Source: Haliotis rubra
Lineage: Eukaryota
Length of the DNA stretch: 64,000 bases
Direction: 5' to 3'
NCBI RefSeq assembly: GCF_003918875.1
Contig: NW_025767007.1
Span: forward strand, 372,001-436,000
The notes below the pieces were generated by a model. It worked only from the letters and a program-made list of their open reading frames with translations. It did not search any database and was not told the origin of the DNA. Positions 24,869-38,770 of the stretch are shown here, in pieces; position 1 is the stretch's first letter; every line of letters starts with the position of its first letter. The position numbers were made by a program, and so were the translations under genes.

Positions 24869-25569
24869 TAAAAATAAACATGTCATACCTGACACAATGT
24901 CTCAGACAACCAAATTTTACTTTCTGTCATCATCATAGAAATTGGTTCCAGCCCCATAGTCTAACAAAGATCATAATTGTTTTGGTAAATACCACACTTA
25001 AATCAGGGATAATAAGTAAAGCTGATATCTGGTATCTGATTCCCTATTGTGGCCAAATCAAGCTCACTCACTGACTTACTCAAATCTAAAGTGGGAGAGT
25101 ATCTGTATACAGCACTATTAGCAACATTCTTATTAAGTCTTCATAAGAATTTAGAAGTTGGATAAACATCTATATCCTGTATACACAACAATTATTCTCG
25201 TCCTGATATGTTACATGTTCGGAACATCATACCAATGAGAAGGGCTCCTGGTTTTCTCCTTGATTTGTGACTCAACTATTCCTGGGTCTATTTTAATGTT
25301 GAAGGGATCCTAATTTTTTCTAATCTATAGAGGAATATAATCCCAGTATTAAGGCAGTCTGTACCATAATCCGTTGCCTTAACAATTATAATCAACAGAT
25401 TTCATGGTTGATATAAGGGTTGTTATATATATTGTAAATTTAAACGAACTGTTCTTGATATGTGTGGCTGAAGTTACCAACTGCTATAGGATATGATACA
25501 TGAAAGCTCACCATAATGATGAAAGTATCACCGTAATGCAAAGACCAAAAACAAGCAGGTGGGTAGGTG

Positions 25570-25722
25570 GAGTGAGTGGGTGGGTGTGTGGGTGGTTGGA
25601 TGGGTGGGTGAGTGAGTTTGAGTGAGTGAGCGAGCCAGCATATTTTTACACCGCTTTTAGCAATATTTTAACAATATCAAGGCAGGGGACACCAGAAATG
25701 GGCTTCACACATTGTATACATG
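25570..25722 (-). mobile_element. SINE family A 3' half with expanded (ACCC/ACTC)n tail
   Basis: Tail and body motifs. Confidence 0.8.
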
Positions 25723-25899
25723 ATGATTAAATCTAACTGGCAATAATGTTCAGAAATCTTCAGCCTACATTTGTTTCATGTAATCAGTCCATCCATCTTA
25801 CCATCCATCTATCCATCCATATATGTCAATCTGGGTATTGATGTATCAGTTTGTGTCAATACAACATCTTATCACCTTTATTTGTTTTATGTCAGACCA

Positions 25900-26760
25900 C
25901 CTTTGCCTAATCCATTTGACCTACAATGTCCATAAAATATGTTTAAGAGCAAAATAACATGTATTTTGTATCATGGCAACATACAAGGCATCTTGTGCTG
26001 AGACACACCAACACCTTGGTGATGAAAAGGTTACATGCCTAAATCTTGTTTTTTTACCTGAACAAATGCAAATTGCTTTCTTCTTCCCTTGCATTTGATG
26101 AAGTAGAAAGGGGAATTGTACTGTAGGGTGTAACAACAAAACTCACTAGCAATATTAGCCATGTAGGAGAAAGGCTGATTGGAAATGTTGCTAGATTCCC
26201 TGAAGGTAAATCCAATCTTGACACAAATGAAATCCTTGTAAAACAAACCTCTTAATGACAGATGGTTCAAGGAAATGATCCACACCTTTCCAAATCTAGT
26301 TTTCTTCATTAACAATGCATCTCTGTCAAATAATCCATTTATTGATCGATCATCAGATAACTTTCAGCAATGATAATAAGACAGGCATTCCAACACCCGC
26401 AAGGTTTACATGGAGTATTTGTTGCCTAGGAAGTGCTGGCTATAGTTCTTGAGTGCAAAGCAGCTAATGTTGAGTTGAAAATTGTGTTTGAAACACCTAA
26501 TGATTCGACTGTTTTTCATCTGAGTGAACAGTCCATGTTTGTTTAAATTTTCCTCCTAAGGAGAATTCTCACTGGGAATTAAACAAGACCTGTATATTAT
26601 ATTTGCACCTTTTACCTTCTCCAAGATCCATACTGCCATAATTACCAACCTTCATTGATTTATAGATCATTTTCACAGAGAATTGATTTATATTACTCAA
26701 ATGATGTAAAGGACCATCAGAGTCTTTGATATTTCTATAATTAGACTGATATGACATGAC
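25900..26760 (-). pseudogene. Possible highly degraded L1/Tx1-like LINE ORF2 3' fragment
   Basis: Broken minus-strand peptides MIYKSMKVGNYGSMDL (cf. LYxPKxxGGLGxxDL), FGKVWIISLNH and SPRC...KHILWT (cf. C-terminal zinc-knuckle region); resemblance judged by eye only. Confidence 0.3.
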
Positions 26761-28217
26761 GGATTTACAACAGTAATATGAAAGACTCAGGTCGTCCTTA
26801 ACTTCTTTTGAGTACCATAGGTTGCTGTCAACAATGAATATGTATCAGCAGTGTTCAGACTATGTAGTCAAAGGATCCTTGACATTATTCTGAAGGAACA
26901 GATTCCTGATTTAGGGGACCGAGGTTCAAAGCGTACAGCATCAAACTTCAACAACCAACGGACACTGCTGAAGAGTAAACCAAATAACTTAATATGCATA
27001 AAAATTTATGACTTCTCATTTAATCTGGCAGCAATTCCACAAATCTATTAAGCCCTGTATCTTAATGCAATTCGAAACAGAAATAACTCAAACCCACTCA
27101 AACACTGGCCCACTCACTTAATACAAACAGCCTCATCTGACCGTTATCCTTCAGACGAGTTGAAAATTTCAATCAATAGTGTTCTATACATCATTACCTC
27201 GTCAAAAATACCTTGAAAAACATGACATTATTACTTCATCGAACACCTTGAAAAACATGACATTTTCCAAAACTAGCTGACTATTTTCCTTCTACAGCAG
27301 TTAAAGGGTTAATCTTGACTTCAGCCTACAGCCACGTAACACACATTGTGCAAAGTGGCTATACCTGTACAAACAGATGTGAGAGCAATGCAGTTCAGAC
27401 ACTACTCAAACACATGGTTTTGAAGCTCTTTACATACAAATTTACAGTTGTCAGGAATATCTCAACATGGAGAGAGAATGTGTTGCCAAGAGAACAGCAT
27501 TGTTTGTAGATGGTTAAGCATGCAATAGATGTTATTTTCCTAACAGTAACTGTTACTCTTTGTGGCAGATTCTGGTTACATAGTTGATATGGGAGAGGTG
27601 ATAATTCTGGTATTTCATGTACGTTGCTCAGTCTTGATTAGCAGGGCAGACACAGGGCAATTCCCATCACGTCTGACTCTGTGTTAGGGTGAAGGGTGAA
27701 GGTCAAGGACACTAGAGTCTTCACAAAATGTGTGACAAGTTACCAGTAATCTCCAGACTATTCACAGAGCACTTGAGCCATTCAGTTGAAATTTTCATTG
27801 TTAAATATTACTCAAAACCTATGAAATTGCATACCTTATACAAATTATCCACAGATGATTAAATATATATAAATCATATGGGTAGAAAAATCAAAAGTAA
27901 TAACTTTCCAGTGTCTGCAGATTCTTAGTGTTTATTGGTCAGGTAAAGCATTATGACATCACACTGCATCAATGTTAAGAACAATCATGACATCAGTATT
28001 GCTGACGGGGTGAATTAAGCATGTAGGGTTGACAGATGAACAATTGTTTGAGTTGTAACAAAATATTTTACAAACAAATAAGTGTAAAACTACATATTTG
28101 TTTGCTAAGTTTCAAATGTATTAAAACAAAAGCTACAATAATTTTGAAATTTCTTTCCTAACATACTGAACAAAGTTAAGGATCATGCAGATTTTGGGGC
28201 ATCATTTGTGTGAAATT

Positions 28218-28406
28218 GTGAGTGAGTGAGTATGGTTTTACACCGTTTTTAGCAATATTCCAGCAACATCACGGCGGGGGACACCAGAAATGGTCCTGCA
28301 ATATAACGGCAAGGGACACCAGAAATGGGTTTCACATATTGTACCCATGTGGGGAATTGAAACTGTGACGAGCAGACGCTGCAACCACTAGGCCACCACA
28401 CCGCCA
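28218..28406 (-). mobile_element. SINE family A with internal duplication
   Basis: GCAAxATxACGGC...GGACACCAGAAATGG segment present twice; TSD TGAAATT(G/A)TG. Confidence 0.85.
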
Positions 28407-29157
28407 ACTGAAATTATGGGATCAGTTTCTACCACATAAAGATTTGACTAAAATATTCAAGATCATTCATTCGGTTTTTTAATATATACATATGTGTCTA
28501 GGTACATCAACAACGAATGACAAACAGCACATAAATGTAAACTATTTCAGGTATTGTTGACAATATCTATCGGTATGTTAACCTCAATATTAATCAGTAA
28601 CGCTGTGTACAGAGTATTCATTCCGACACACCATTATAAACAACACTAAAAACATGGCAAGATGTTCATCCTTCCTGATTTGTAATCTGTCGCTAGAACA
28701 TATGGCTTGCATGACTGAATGAGGAAAACTTCAACAGCTGTGATAAAATGTGGATTAATGTACAAATAGACCAACTAACCCGTGTTTACAACATGTACAT
28801 GACAGCCGACCATGCTGACTCATCGAGTGATCAAGTTATTGTTGTTATCTTGCAATAAAATTATATTTTCACTTTATGTGAACTTGAAGCAATTACCTGT
28901 ACAAATCATATCTTTCCCTTTCATCTACTCTTCCTACTGATGCTCTGACTTCAGCTGATGTCAAATTTGTAATGGGAAGTGAAAATACCGAAGGGAGAGG
29001 AAAAAGTGAATGTTTCATGTCTCTTTTTTTAGCATCGTGATGAAGTGAGTTAGTTGGGTTTTTAGCAGCATTTCAGTTCACAGAACATCACATGGTCATC
29101 AGGTCTTTGATGTTTACTGTTTTGAAAGGATGACCATGGAAAAAACCCAAATGTAAA

Positions 29158-29330
29158 TGAGTGAGTGAGTGAGTGAGTATGGTTTACGCCACTTTTAGCA
29201 ATATTCCAGCAATATCAAGGCAGGGGACACCAGAAATGGGGTTCACACATTGTACCCATGTGGGGAATCGAACCCTGGTTTTCGGCGTGACGAGTGAACA
29301 CATTAACCACTAAGCTACTCCATCGTCCCC
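29158..29330 (-). mobile_element. SINE family A
   Basis: Family A motifs. Confidence 0.88.
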
Positions 29331-30473
29331 ACAACCCAAGAAACATAATCAGGGGGAATATTAGACAACTAAACAAAATAATCAGTTATACTTAGAGACA
29401 TAATTAGGACAAATCTTACAATTTGGCAAAAATGATCAACAGATCATGGCTGAGACAATCATGGCTTGTCCAAAATCTACATCAACTTAGGTACATAAAT
29501 CAATATATTGGCAATTTACAGAAGAATTCATCCAGGTTACAAGTGTCACACACTTCAAAGTTACCCCATTAACATATTAACAGAAAGACGATTTGTAGTA
29601 TGGCAATATTTAGGCAGATGAAATGGTTTGAAGTTCGGGTGGGCTCCCAAAAATTCTTCATCTTTTAACAGTTGGGCAATGTTTACATTTAATATCTTTG
29701 AAATCTAGGAATGCCACATAATGTCAACTTTAAATTAGGGGTGCTTCAACATTAACATCTTGGAACCAAACCATCACTGAATCCATGCTGAGTGAGAGCA
29801 CTGCCTTCTGACCCATCCAGCTATTTCCATATATGATAGAATACAAACTGACATGAGCTAAAAAATAATCCCCTACACTTTCTAGCTCCTACAGAACCCC
29901 TCCTTCGTAAGAATCGCACTACTTTCAGTTTCAGATCCATTGTAAAATCAGTCATTTCGATTTCCATTTTAACATCACACCAAGCGAACCGCATTCCCTG
30001 AGAAGTTAGGGGAGTTTCTACTTGATGAACACGGATCATGTAAGAGCCTGCAGACAAAACCCTCATTCCATACATGATTACACCTCAAAAGAATCCTGCA
30101 GACCATGATGAAATGTGTTAACAGTTCCAGCAAGTACACAAAATATCTAATCCATGGCAATGGAGAGGCACTCCAAGTAATAAGTGAAGAATGTATATAA
30201 TTGAAAGCAATACTACACAACATCTTTATTGGATACTTGGCATGGATGTTTGGCAATAAATTACTTCATTAAACTTTACATGAACAGAAATAATACAATG
30301 TGAATTCAACTTAAACAAAGGAATGCCTCTCTCAAGAGAGATCTAAGAAAGAATTTTTTGTTACATGGTGGGTGGTTACTTGAAGTTGATGGCACTAAAG
30401 TTTCTTTTAGTCACAGTCTAATATGCTTAAAAAGGAGAGAGAGCCCAATTAGACCAAGCAATACAAGTTACAA

Positions 30474-30700
30474 TTGAGTGAGTGAGTTTAGTTTGACGTC
30501 GCACTCAGCAATATTCTAGCTATATGGCGGCAGTCTGTAAATAATCGAGTCTGGACCAGACCATCCAGTGATCAACAGCATGTGCATCGATCTGCGCAAT
30601 TGGGAACCGATGACATGTGTCAACCAAACAGCGAGCCGGACCACCCGATCCTGTTAGTCCCCTCTTACGACAAGCATGGGTTACTGAAGGTTCATTCTAT
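30474..30700 (-). mobile_element. SINE family B, abutting a degenerate tRNA-like SINE head (30718-30830)
   Basis: Family B motifs. Confidence 0.85.
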
Positions 30701-32427
30701 TATCAAGAATAAGCTGCGAGATCAAGGCAAATCATGGGATTCAAACTGCGACCTATCGATCCTGCAAACTAAGGGACACAACTCTTCAAAGCAAAACGTC
30801 ATACCCTGGACCACATAGCCACCATTACTCCTTGGTATTCTGATGTGGGACGATGAAAAGGTATGTTATGTCATTTATATGCCGGTCATGCTGTTAAAAG
30901 ACCCATCACAGAGCACAGACATGACAGGCCACTTATGAGGCTCACATTGTATTAAAAATATCACTTCATACTCTTGACAAAACAATAAAACATGATTATT
31001 TGAGAAGATGCTGAGAAAAATATGCACTCCCCGTGGTTAAGAGGCACTGTTTATTGTCACAAACAAACCTTGAACTGGGTCCATAACTCTTACAAGATTG
31101 CAAACAATCATAACAAACACTCCCAACATAAAGTTAACATGGCCATTAATCTACATGTACAATGTTCAACAGCCTGTGAGTGAATGATTCCTTACTACGT
31201 TACATCCCTACACCCCAGTAATACCATACTGTCTACTTGCAACAGGCAATATAACTGTTAATATCAAAGCATAAGGATTATACAGCTAAAGCCACTTATG
31301 TGCTCATATTATTACTACTTACCATGCTATAAATGTAATATCAGCCCAGCTCTATGTTTACAGGGTCTGTAACCTCCTTCGTGTTACAGCAGAACAAGTA
31401 GGTTTAATACAGTGAAATAACCAGCTCCTGAAAATCTGGTGCCACTATGAAGTGCAACAAATATTTCATATTTCCTTTCTGCATTTCTTGCATCATAATG
31501 AAGAATGTATTATGAGGATATTCATTAATTACACATTATTTGGGTTACTGATTCCCGTTAACCAAATCTCACAAGTTATCAATTATTAAGGGGGGTGTAG
31601 GGTAGGGTATTTTGAATGCTGTTCTATTATGTCAATCAAAAATGGTTTTGAAAAAATAGTCTGTACACCAACATCACAGAAAATATGACTATGCTTGTTA
31701 CATGAGATTGACCAATAAAATTGTAAGTGATCCACTGAGTATAATTAACATGGAAACAACATGGGATACTACTTGTTTACCTCGACAACAGTCACCTGGG
31801 TAGGTCTTCACATGTCTTTCCTAGTGTCTGATTACACCTAAATGAATTGCAGTGTAAATAATACTTCCTTTATCACAGGGACATGAACAAATATTTCTCA
31901 CAAAAAAATACAACCTCTTTGTTCAACAAGTCACAATAAAATCGAAAATAGGGCTCATTTATAGATAACATCAAAACAGATTTGCTATTATTTTGGCTTA
32001 GTGTCTTTTACAAAAATTTATTCTTTTCATTTCTATCATGACTAACGAAATGATTTCGGTTTCATCCTCATTCATTGACAATAATTGGACTGCCAAAACA
32101 GATCAATCTAAATTATGATGTACCGGTAATAATTAATATATAGTGCATTTTTCAGATATTTTATAATGATTTCAGTAATCGACTGTATTTATTAAGTCTC
32201 TAATTGGTTGAATTATGAGTATAATTACAGATAATGTTAATAAAGAACAATTTGATTTAAATTTCAACTGTGTTGCTTACGCACTTGCTGACAGAAACAA
32301 AGCCATCTCGATACCATGCTTGAGGAAGATGTAGAGACTTCCTGGTGTTGAAAAAGTTGAATATCACAATTTAAATTCAGGCAGTGCATCAATTTGTATG
32401 GCATCATCGGTATTGTTGAGAACTCAC

Positions 32428-32469
32428 CTCTTCATGAAGGTCAGTTAAAGAAGCCTTATGCGAAGACAT
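32428..32469 (-). CDS. Candidate alternative first coding exon (MSSHKASLTDLHEE, phase 0)
   Basis: Consensus donor GAG|gtgagtt at 32428; ATG at 32469; CCAAT and GC-box-like motifs ~110-140 bp upstream. Confidence 0.4.
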
Positions 32470-32579
32470 TCCCCAAAGCAGTGAGCGCAAATTACATATC
32501 CTGGATATTTGTGACGTCCTCAACACAAGATTAATAGCTTGAGATTACTAGGACGGGATCTCTTTGTAGTAGGAAAACA

Positions 32580-32610
32580 GTGATTGGACTGTTTAAGGTG
32601 GGGCAGGAAC
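32580..32610 (-). promoter_or_regulatory. Putative promoter elements (CCAAT box, GC-box-like)
   Basis: TGATTGG (CCAATCA on minus) and GGTGGGGCAGG upstream of the candidate exon at 32428. Confidence 0.3.
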
Positions 32611-32674
32611 AGGTTTAATATCACATGATAAATTGACTTGACTGAATTCTAAATAAATCTCGTAGAATATATCG

Positions 32675-32766
32675 GGGCTCAACGTGTGAAGCCCATATTT
32701 GGTGTCCCACACCATAGTATTGATGGAATATTGCTGAAAGCAGCATAAAACTAAACTCACTCACTC
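32675..32766 (+). mobile_element. SINE family A 3' half
   Basis: Body and ACTC tail. Confidence 0.8.
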
Positions 32767-33167
32767 ATAAATCATGCTGATTGAATTGAAAAATGGAAAA
32801 ATACACAGTGTAAGATCCACGACTTTGAGACTTGTGAATCTTTTGTGAAATGGACAAATAGTTTTCCCCCAAATGTGTTTTGTAAATGTTATAAGAACCA
32901 CAAATCGAACATACATTGGGCACTAGCGTGGTGGTTATACTGGATCAAAGGGTCCACTCCTGATCAATATAACAATGCAGTAAGTCTCTGTATTACATAT
33001 CATTAAGCTGAATCACGATTCAGGATTACAACAGGTTCAAAGCAACCTAAGCTTATCATACGCAACACAACTTTATGGATCTGGTGCTTAGGAGCTGGAC
33101 AGCATGTCATCATGATCTAAAGCATGATTTGGTGTTCAAAATATCAACCACTGGTTTATCTGGTCGT

Positions 33168-33275
33168 GGGCCCAATCCATAAAGAGTTCACAGCCTTACA
33201 AAGTATCATAATCCTATGGGTTTTCATTGGCTTATGACTGTCATAGTGCTACGAACACTCTGTTGATCAGGTCCC
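33168..33275. mobile_element. Short palindromic MITE (GGGCCC...GGTCCC), degenerate
   Basis: Imperfect inverted arms, architecture like 61115-61221. Confidence 0.45.
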
Positions 33276-34056
33276 AAACTGGATGAATTTAAAGCTGATT
33301 GTATGATAGTGGTGTTCTGATTATTTGAAATAATCAAACATTGGTTGCAGTGACCAAATGACCAAGCAATCAATCACATTTTCTCATAATCTTTCTTGAA
33401 GACTCCAGGAAGTTTATGTTCAAGATATATCATTAGTCATCACTTTAAAGTAGCAAGTTGCATCATTTTACATTGGATATGAAGTTTGCAAATGCAATTT
33501 GCCCTGCAGTTTCTAAATGAAACACACAAAAACAGCAGAGAACCATGATGTACTTATTTGCAATAACAACCTGAAAAGGAAAATCTGAAAAAATGATGCT
33601 AACAAAAAAATATTTATGTTTTCAACCAATTCCCAACACTATTGTATAAACATACAGAGTTAACTACTTTCATAATCAACTGATGAACATAACAGACCAC
33701 TTGTATATTATAGTTGAACTATTTTGGGTGTTTTCCCCAACCACATGTATATTTCAGTCGAAATGCATACAACGAACAATGGTTATGACATTAAGAACAA
33801 TGGTTATGACAAACTAAAATTAATGCTCTGTTTGATGTCATTACTGTAGTTTATTGTACACAAATACAAATACTCACAATAATAGTGCTGATGCAGATTT
33901 AATCACAATAAAATATTTGCTAAATTTTCTTTTAGTATTCATTTTGCAAAAATGGCTGCTAATGGATATTTGATAACATATAACAACGCAAACAAAGTTA
34001 ATAGCGCATCCTGAAATGCTGTCTGAAACTCCTAATGGTATATCATGACAGCTTCA

Positions 34057-34196
34057 GGGTCAGTGGGGTAGCCTATTGGTCAAAGCGTTTGCTCGGCACG
34101 CCGAAGACCCGGGTTCGATTCCCCACATGGGTACAATGTGTGAAGCCGTGATATTCCTGGAATATTGCTAAAAGCAGCATAAAACCACACTCACTC
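34057..34196 (+). mobile_element. SINE family A with internal deletion
   Basis: Intact head; TSD CATGACA(G/A)CTTCAG. Confidence 0.88.
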
Positions 34197-35379
34197 ATGA
34201 CAACTTCAGTGACTTGAGTGTACTGAAACTCCCAACAGCAGCCTAAGTTTACGTGACACTGCACCTCAACACACACAGGTCACCACAGTGCGGAACTGTG
34301 GTACAACTATGGTCACCTTCAACAAACGTAAGTAGGGATCAACTCATAAGTCTGCAAAGCCCTCTAGATGTAATCAATGCTGGAACTGAGGCCACATAAA
34401 ATTATTATAAGATTTTCATCCATCTACATATATCTACAACATGTTCAAGGCAGAAGCTATCCCGTTTTACATTTTGGCTTTAAGTCATCTGTCATTGGCT
34501 TCACACATTGTACCTTTATGGAGAATGGGTTATCAAGTAAAGAACAAAATTAGAAGTGAACACATAATTTTCCTCATTTGCTGGCAGATATACCTGGATA
34601 CAATACAATAGTGTGAATAGGAGAGCAAGTGGTGAAGTGCGAGGAATGAAAATCAAATACTTTATTACTGCCTTAATGGTAACACTCAGGACAAAAATCC
34701 GCGTGACAATACATTTTGCGACTAGAAAATCAGCCAGTAAACTTCAGTTTCCAACACTTACTTGGCTAGACTGAATGTCAAGAGGTACTGTTCTTCAAGA
34801 AATCAATAGTCCGCAAACTTGGGACCAATTCAAGACTGTGCAAAATATTAACTGAGAATAGTTTTTCATTACGTGTGGAAATCTTGTTACCATGGAAATA
34901 AAATTCTTCTTTTAATCATCGATAGCTAAATAGTGAATTTCTAGCCTACATATTCTTGAATAAAGATCATGGATTTATATTGGTTCTTTATTTATGCTAT
35001 GTACTGATTGCTATTCCAAAGTTCTCAAACATGTTATTCAGATTTGGAACCGTTACAAAACATCCCATCTTTGTAGGTAAAAATAACATTTCCAAACACG
35101 ATGTATTTCTTGCAGACTCAGAAGATTGAGTGCATAGAACAACAGATTTGTGCGTAAAAGCAGAAAGAGCTTCAGTTCATAGTGAGTGAGTGAGTAAGTG
35201 AGTTTTGTTTAATGCCACTTTTGACAGTGTTTCAGTCGTATTCATTCATGTCAGCTTAATGTCGGCAGAAAGGCTGGGGAGATGTAGGCCATACATGTGT
35301 ACCAATCCAAAGCTTATAACCATGTGTATGATACTGATAGTTCACAATAAGGGTTGAAGGTAGGATTCTAACACTATTA

Positions 35380-35490
35380 GGGTCCTGTTGCACAAAGTTG
35401 TCTTTATCATGCTAAGGTGATCGTAACTCCCATACTTTAACATTGGCGTACGATAGTCATGGCACTAAGATCACCTTGTGCAAAAGGACC
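35380..35490. mobile_element. Short palindromic MITE
   Basis: GGTCCTGTTGCACAA ... TTGTGCAAAAGGACC inverted ends. Confidence 0.65.
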
Positions 35491-35589
35491 AAATCTTTAG
35501 GATGCAACTCTGCAAAGCAAATACTCCACTTGATTAACAGGACAGTAAATATTTTCTGCAACATGTGGCAGTATATGGAACAATATTCT

Positions 35590-35763
35590 CAGGGATTGGG
35601 AAAGTCAGGGGCCATGGGCCATTTTGCACATTAGAATAAAAAATGGCCCATTAGAATTTTGAAGTTTGCTATTGATACAAGGGCAGTGGCCCATTCTAAA
35701 TTCAGAAAATGGCTAATAATCCTGAAAATCGCCGATTGTCAAAGTTCTCTATCCTAATCTCTG
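35590..35763. mobile_element. MITE with CAGGGATT termini and probable 6-bp TSD
   Basis: CAGGGATTGGGA / TCCTAATCTCTG; flanks TATTCT / TATTCC; internal TGGCCCATT repeats. Confidence 0.6.
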
Positions 35764-37734
35764 TATTCCATTAACAAATTGACGTATCAAAAGCTAAAGA
35801 ATTGATATTATCTTGTCTTGACACCCCTCAAGAAGGAAGTCAACTATTTCACAAACTGCAGTCTCGTAGACACGGATTACCACATATGAATTGATAAGAA
35901 CATAATACAAATTCAATAATGTACTGACATCGGATAAAAGACAGAAATATATGCAGAATAAAAGTAAATGTTGTTATGGAAACCTCAAACATGCTAGCAA
36001 CAGCAAAGGGTTACAGTACCTGTCAGTGGAAAATACCTACATTGGATGGTCATGATCATGGCAGTGAAAGGGTTAATGCCCCCTGCTGGCAGAATCTAAC
36101 TGGTCACACATACACACTATCAGGTTAGAGTTCGCAGATGCCGACTCCACACTGTATTTACTCAGGATTGAGAGACAGAAGTGACTGCGAGAATCTTCAT
36201 TAAGTGCTTTGCTAAGTCCATGTTTTCTAAGCAGACGTGAATGTTGTAGTGTCTTTGCTGTCAAGGTCACTTGAAGGTAACACTGAGTCTTCAGGCAGAG
36301 CTTGACTTAACCTGGTATAGTTGCCAGTAATTGATTCACCGTCATTCGGACAAGGAACACTGATGAGATTAGATAATGGAGAATTGTTCAGGCTATCCGA
36401 AACATGTCTGGTATTATTTACAGCATTTGCATCATATTGATGTCTCAAATTTATCTGAGTCTTGATTGTATAAATTCTCTAAACACAACAATCACTATTT
36501 ACATAAAAGTGTGAAATTTTCCCTCTCCAGCAAGCAGTTGAAACATCAATGTGATACGTGTAACAGCTTGTGAAAGTTTTTCCTGTTTATAGTACAAGTG
36601 TATATTCATACAACACATGACCTATATGATAAACCTATCAGATTTTGCTGAATGTAAAATTCAAGGCAATTCAAGAACAAAAAACAATAAACCATATCGA
36701 TATATTTAGCATGACAGAAAAAAGTGGTCATATCATAAAATAACTAAAAAAGATGTAAATTACACAAAATTTGCACACAATATGCTAATTGTGAACATGA
36801 ACTGGGACTGAAGCAACACATGCCTTGTCCCAGGAGGTTTTCGCTACTAATACCGCTGCTCAATTTGCACAAAAATGACATCTTCATATCATTATGATTC
36901 AAAGGCCAGGCTACATTACTGTTGATCTACAAGGAACCAGACATCACAAGACTGGTCAATTTCTAAGTTCTGCAACCAATTCCATTGCTAAATCTAGAAC
37001 AATGTCTAAGACTATCTGGGAACAGCTTAGGACAGAAACATCCACATTCTGAAACATACTTGAGCATCAGCCATTTGCCACACTCCACCAGCCCCATAGT
37101 AATGAAGTAAGTATCCCGCTAGCATCTTCTTGAAATACCACTGCGAGTCAAGTTTGCCTGTCAGCTCAACTCAATAAACTGCCCGTCTATCAAGCTAATA
37201 TTGATTGCCAAGGATTTCATAAATCATGGATTGCTGGTTATTCTATAGTTGCAGGATCTGGATGAAATTGTTCAGGAAGAATGGTTAGGCATGACCACAG
37301 CACTAGTACACATGTAATGCCAGGAAGTCCAAAGAATATAGATCCTCTGTGGGCAGAAATATCTGACATTTAATCGCTACCCCGAGCCTTGTCAGTGCCA
37401 GAACCCGCAGACATGATAAAAGAGGGGAATATGAAAGTTTATATCCCCTCTGACGTAATAAACTGCCCCCCTCACTGCTGATCTGTGAGATCCATGTGGA
37501 TGCCGAGACTCTGATAAACACAGGTGTTTCTGTGGAGGACAGTGAGTCAAGGCTGGGGAGAAAGGGTAAAGATTGTGTTACACCAGTAAAAGGATGACAG
37601 TACAGAGAGCAGAGAAAAAATAGATCAGTGTGCCAGGTCTGACACAGTTTCCACTAACATCATACAAAGATCTGACAAACCAACTGTTAGAATCCAGGCT
37701 ACACAGACATGTTTGACACTGTCAGAAAAGTCAG

Positions 37735-37885
37735 TGTTGAGTTTTATGCCACTTGTACCAATAATACAGCAATATCATGACAGGAGACACCAGGGGCTTC
37801 ACACATTGTACCCATGTGGGGAATCAAACCCGAGTATTCGACATGACGAGCAAACGCTTTAACCACTGGGCTACCCCACCACCCC
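37735..37885 (-). mobile_element. SINE family A
   Basis: TSD CACTGTCAGAAAA. Confidence 0.85.
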
Positions 37886-38536
37886 ACTGTCAGAAAAAAC
37901 ACACAGAACGGTAGAGCACAGTCCATCCTACAGACCCTTTTTCTATTTTACCACAATCATGCTTACTTCATTCTCTTCCTTTCCTTAGTTGTAGATGGTT
38001 ATTTTCATCTTCTTTTCAGTTAGAAAGATTCCTTAACAACAGAATATTCTTTCTACAAAAAATATTTAAATAATGAAGCAGTATTTTCTGGATCACGTCT
38101 GTCTTATTCAGACCTTCAGCCAACAAGTGAGTGAATGAGTGAGTGAGTGAGTGAGTTTTGTTGCAAGTGTCATTGCATCCCACTTGTGTAGATCTGTGCT
38201 CATGATATCAATCACTGGATTGCCTGGTTACGACCTACTTACTTACCGACCGCATCATATAGCTGGAAAACTGTTGAGTGTGTATTAAACAATAAACAAA
38301 CAAAGCATATCTAATCCGTTATACAATAGTTTCCTCTTTCAATGCTGATAAGTGTTTTCAAACACAACTGCACCATGTCTGTCTCTGTCAGCCTCCCTTT
38401 AGTTTGAATAAACTGGATGTTACATATAGTCAGAGCTTTCTTGGGCTTGACATCATCAAACTGTGGGTACTTCAAGATCACGAGCACATGTTCATATAAC
38501 ATCACACACTATTTTTCAAGCAGCCATATTGAGAAA

Positions 38537-38770
38537 GTGAGTAAGTGAGTTTAGTTTTACGCCGCACTCCGCACTCAGCTATATGGCGGTGGTCTGTAAA
38601 TAATAGAGTCTGGACCAGACAATCCAGTTATCAACAGCATGAGCATCGATCTGCACAATTGGCAACCGATGACATGTGTCAACCAAGTCTGACCACCCGA
38701 TCCCATTTGTCACCTCTTATGACAAGCATGGGTTACTGAAGGCCAATATTCTAACCCCAACCTTCACGGG
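38537..38770 (-). mobile_element. SINE family B
   Basis: Full length; TSD CCATATTGA(G/T)AAAG; a degenerate plus-strand B fragment lies at ~38165-38305. Confidence 0.88.

Noticed and set aside
34057-34130. tRNA-Asp-like sequence (and similar at 48013)
   Set aside because: No acceptor stem pairing; continues into SINE body and tail with TSDs, so SINE heads and not tRNA genes
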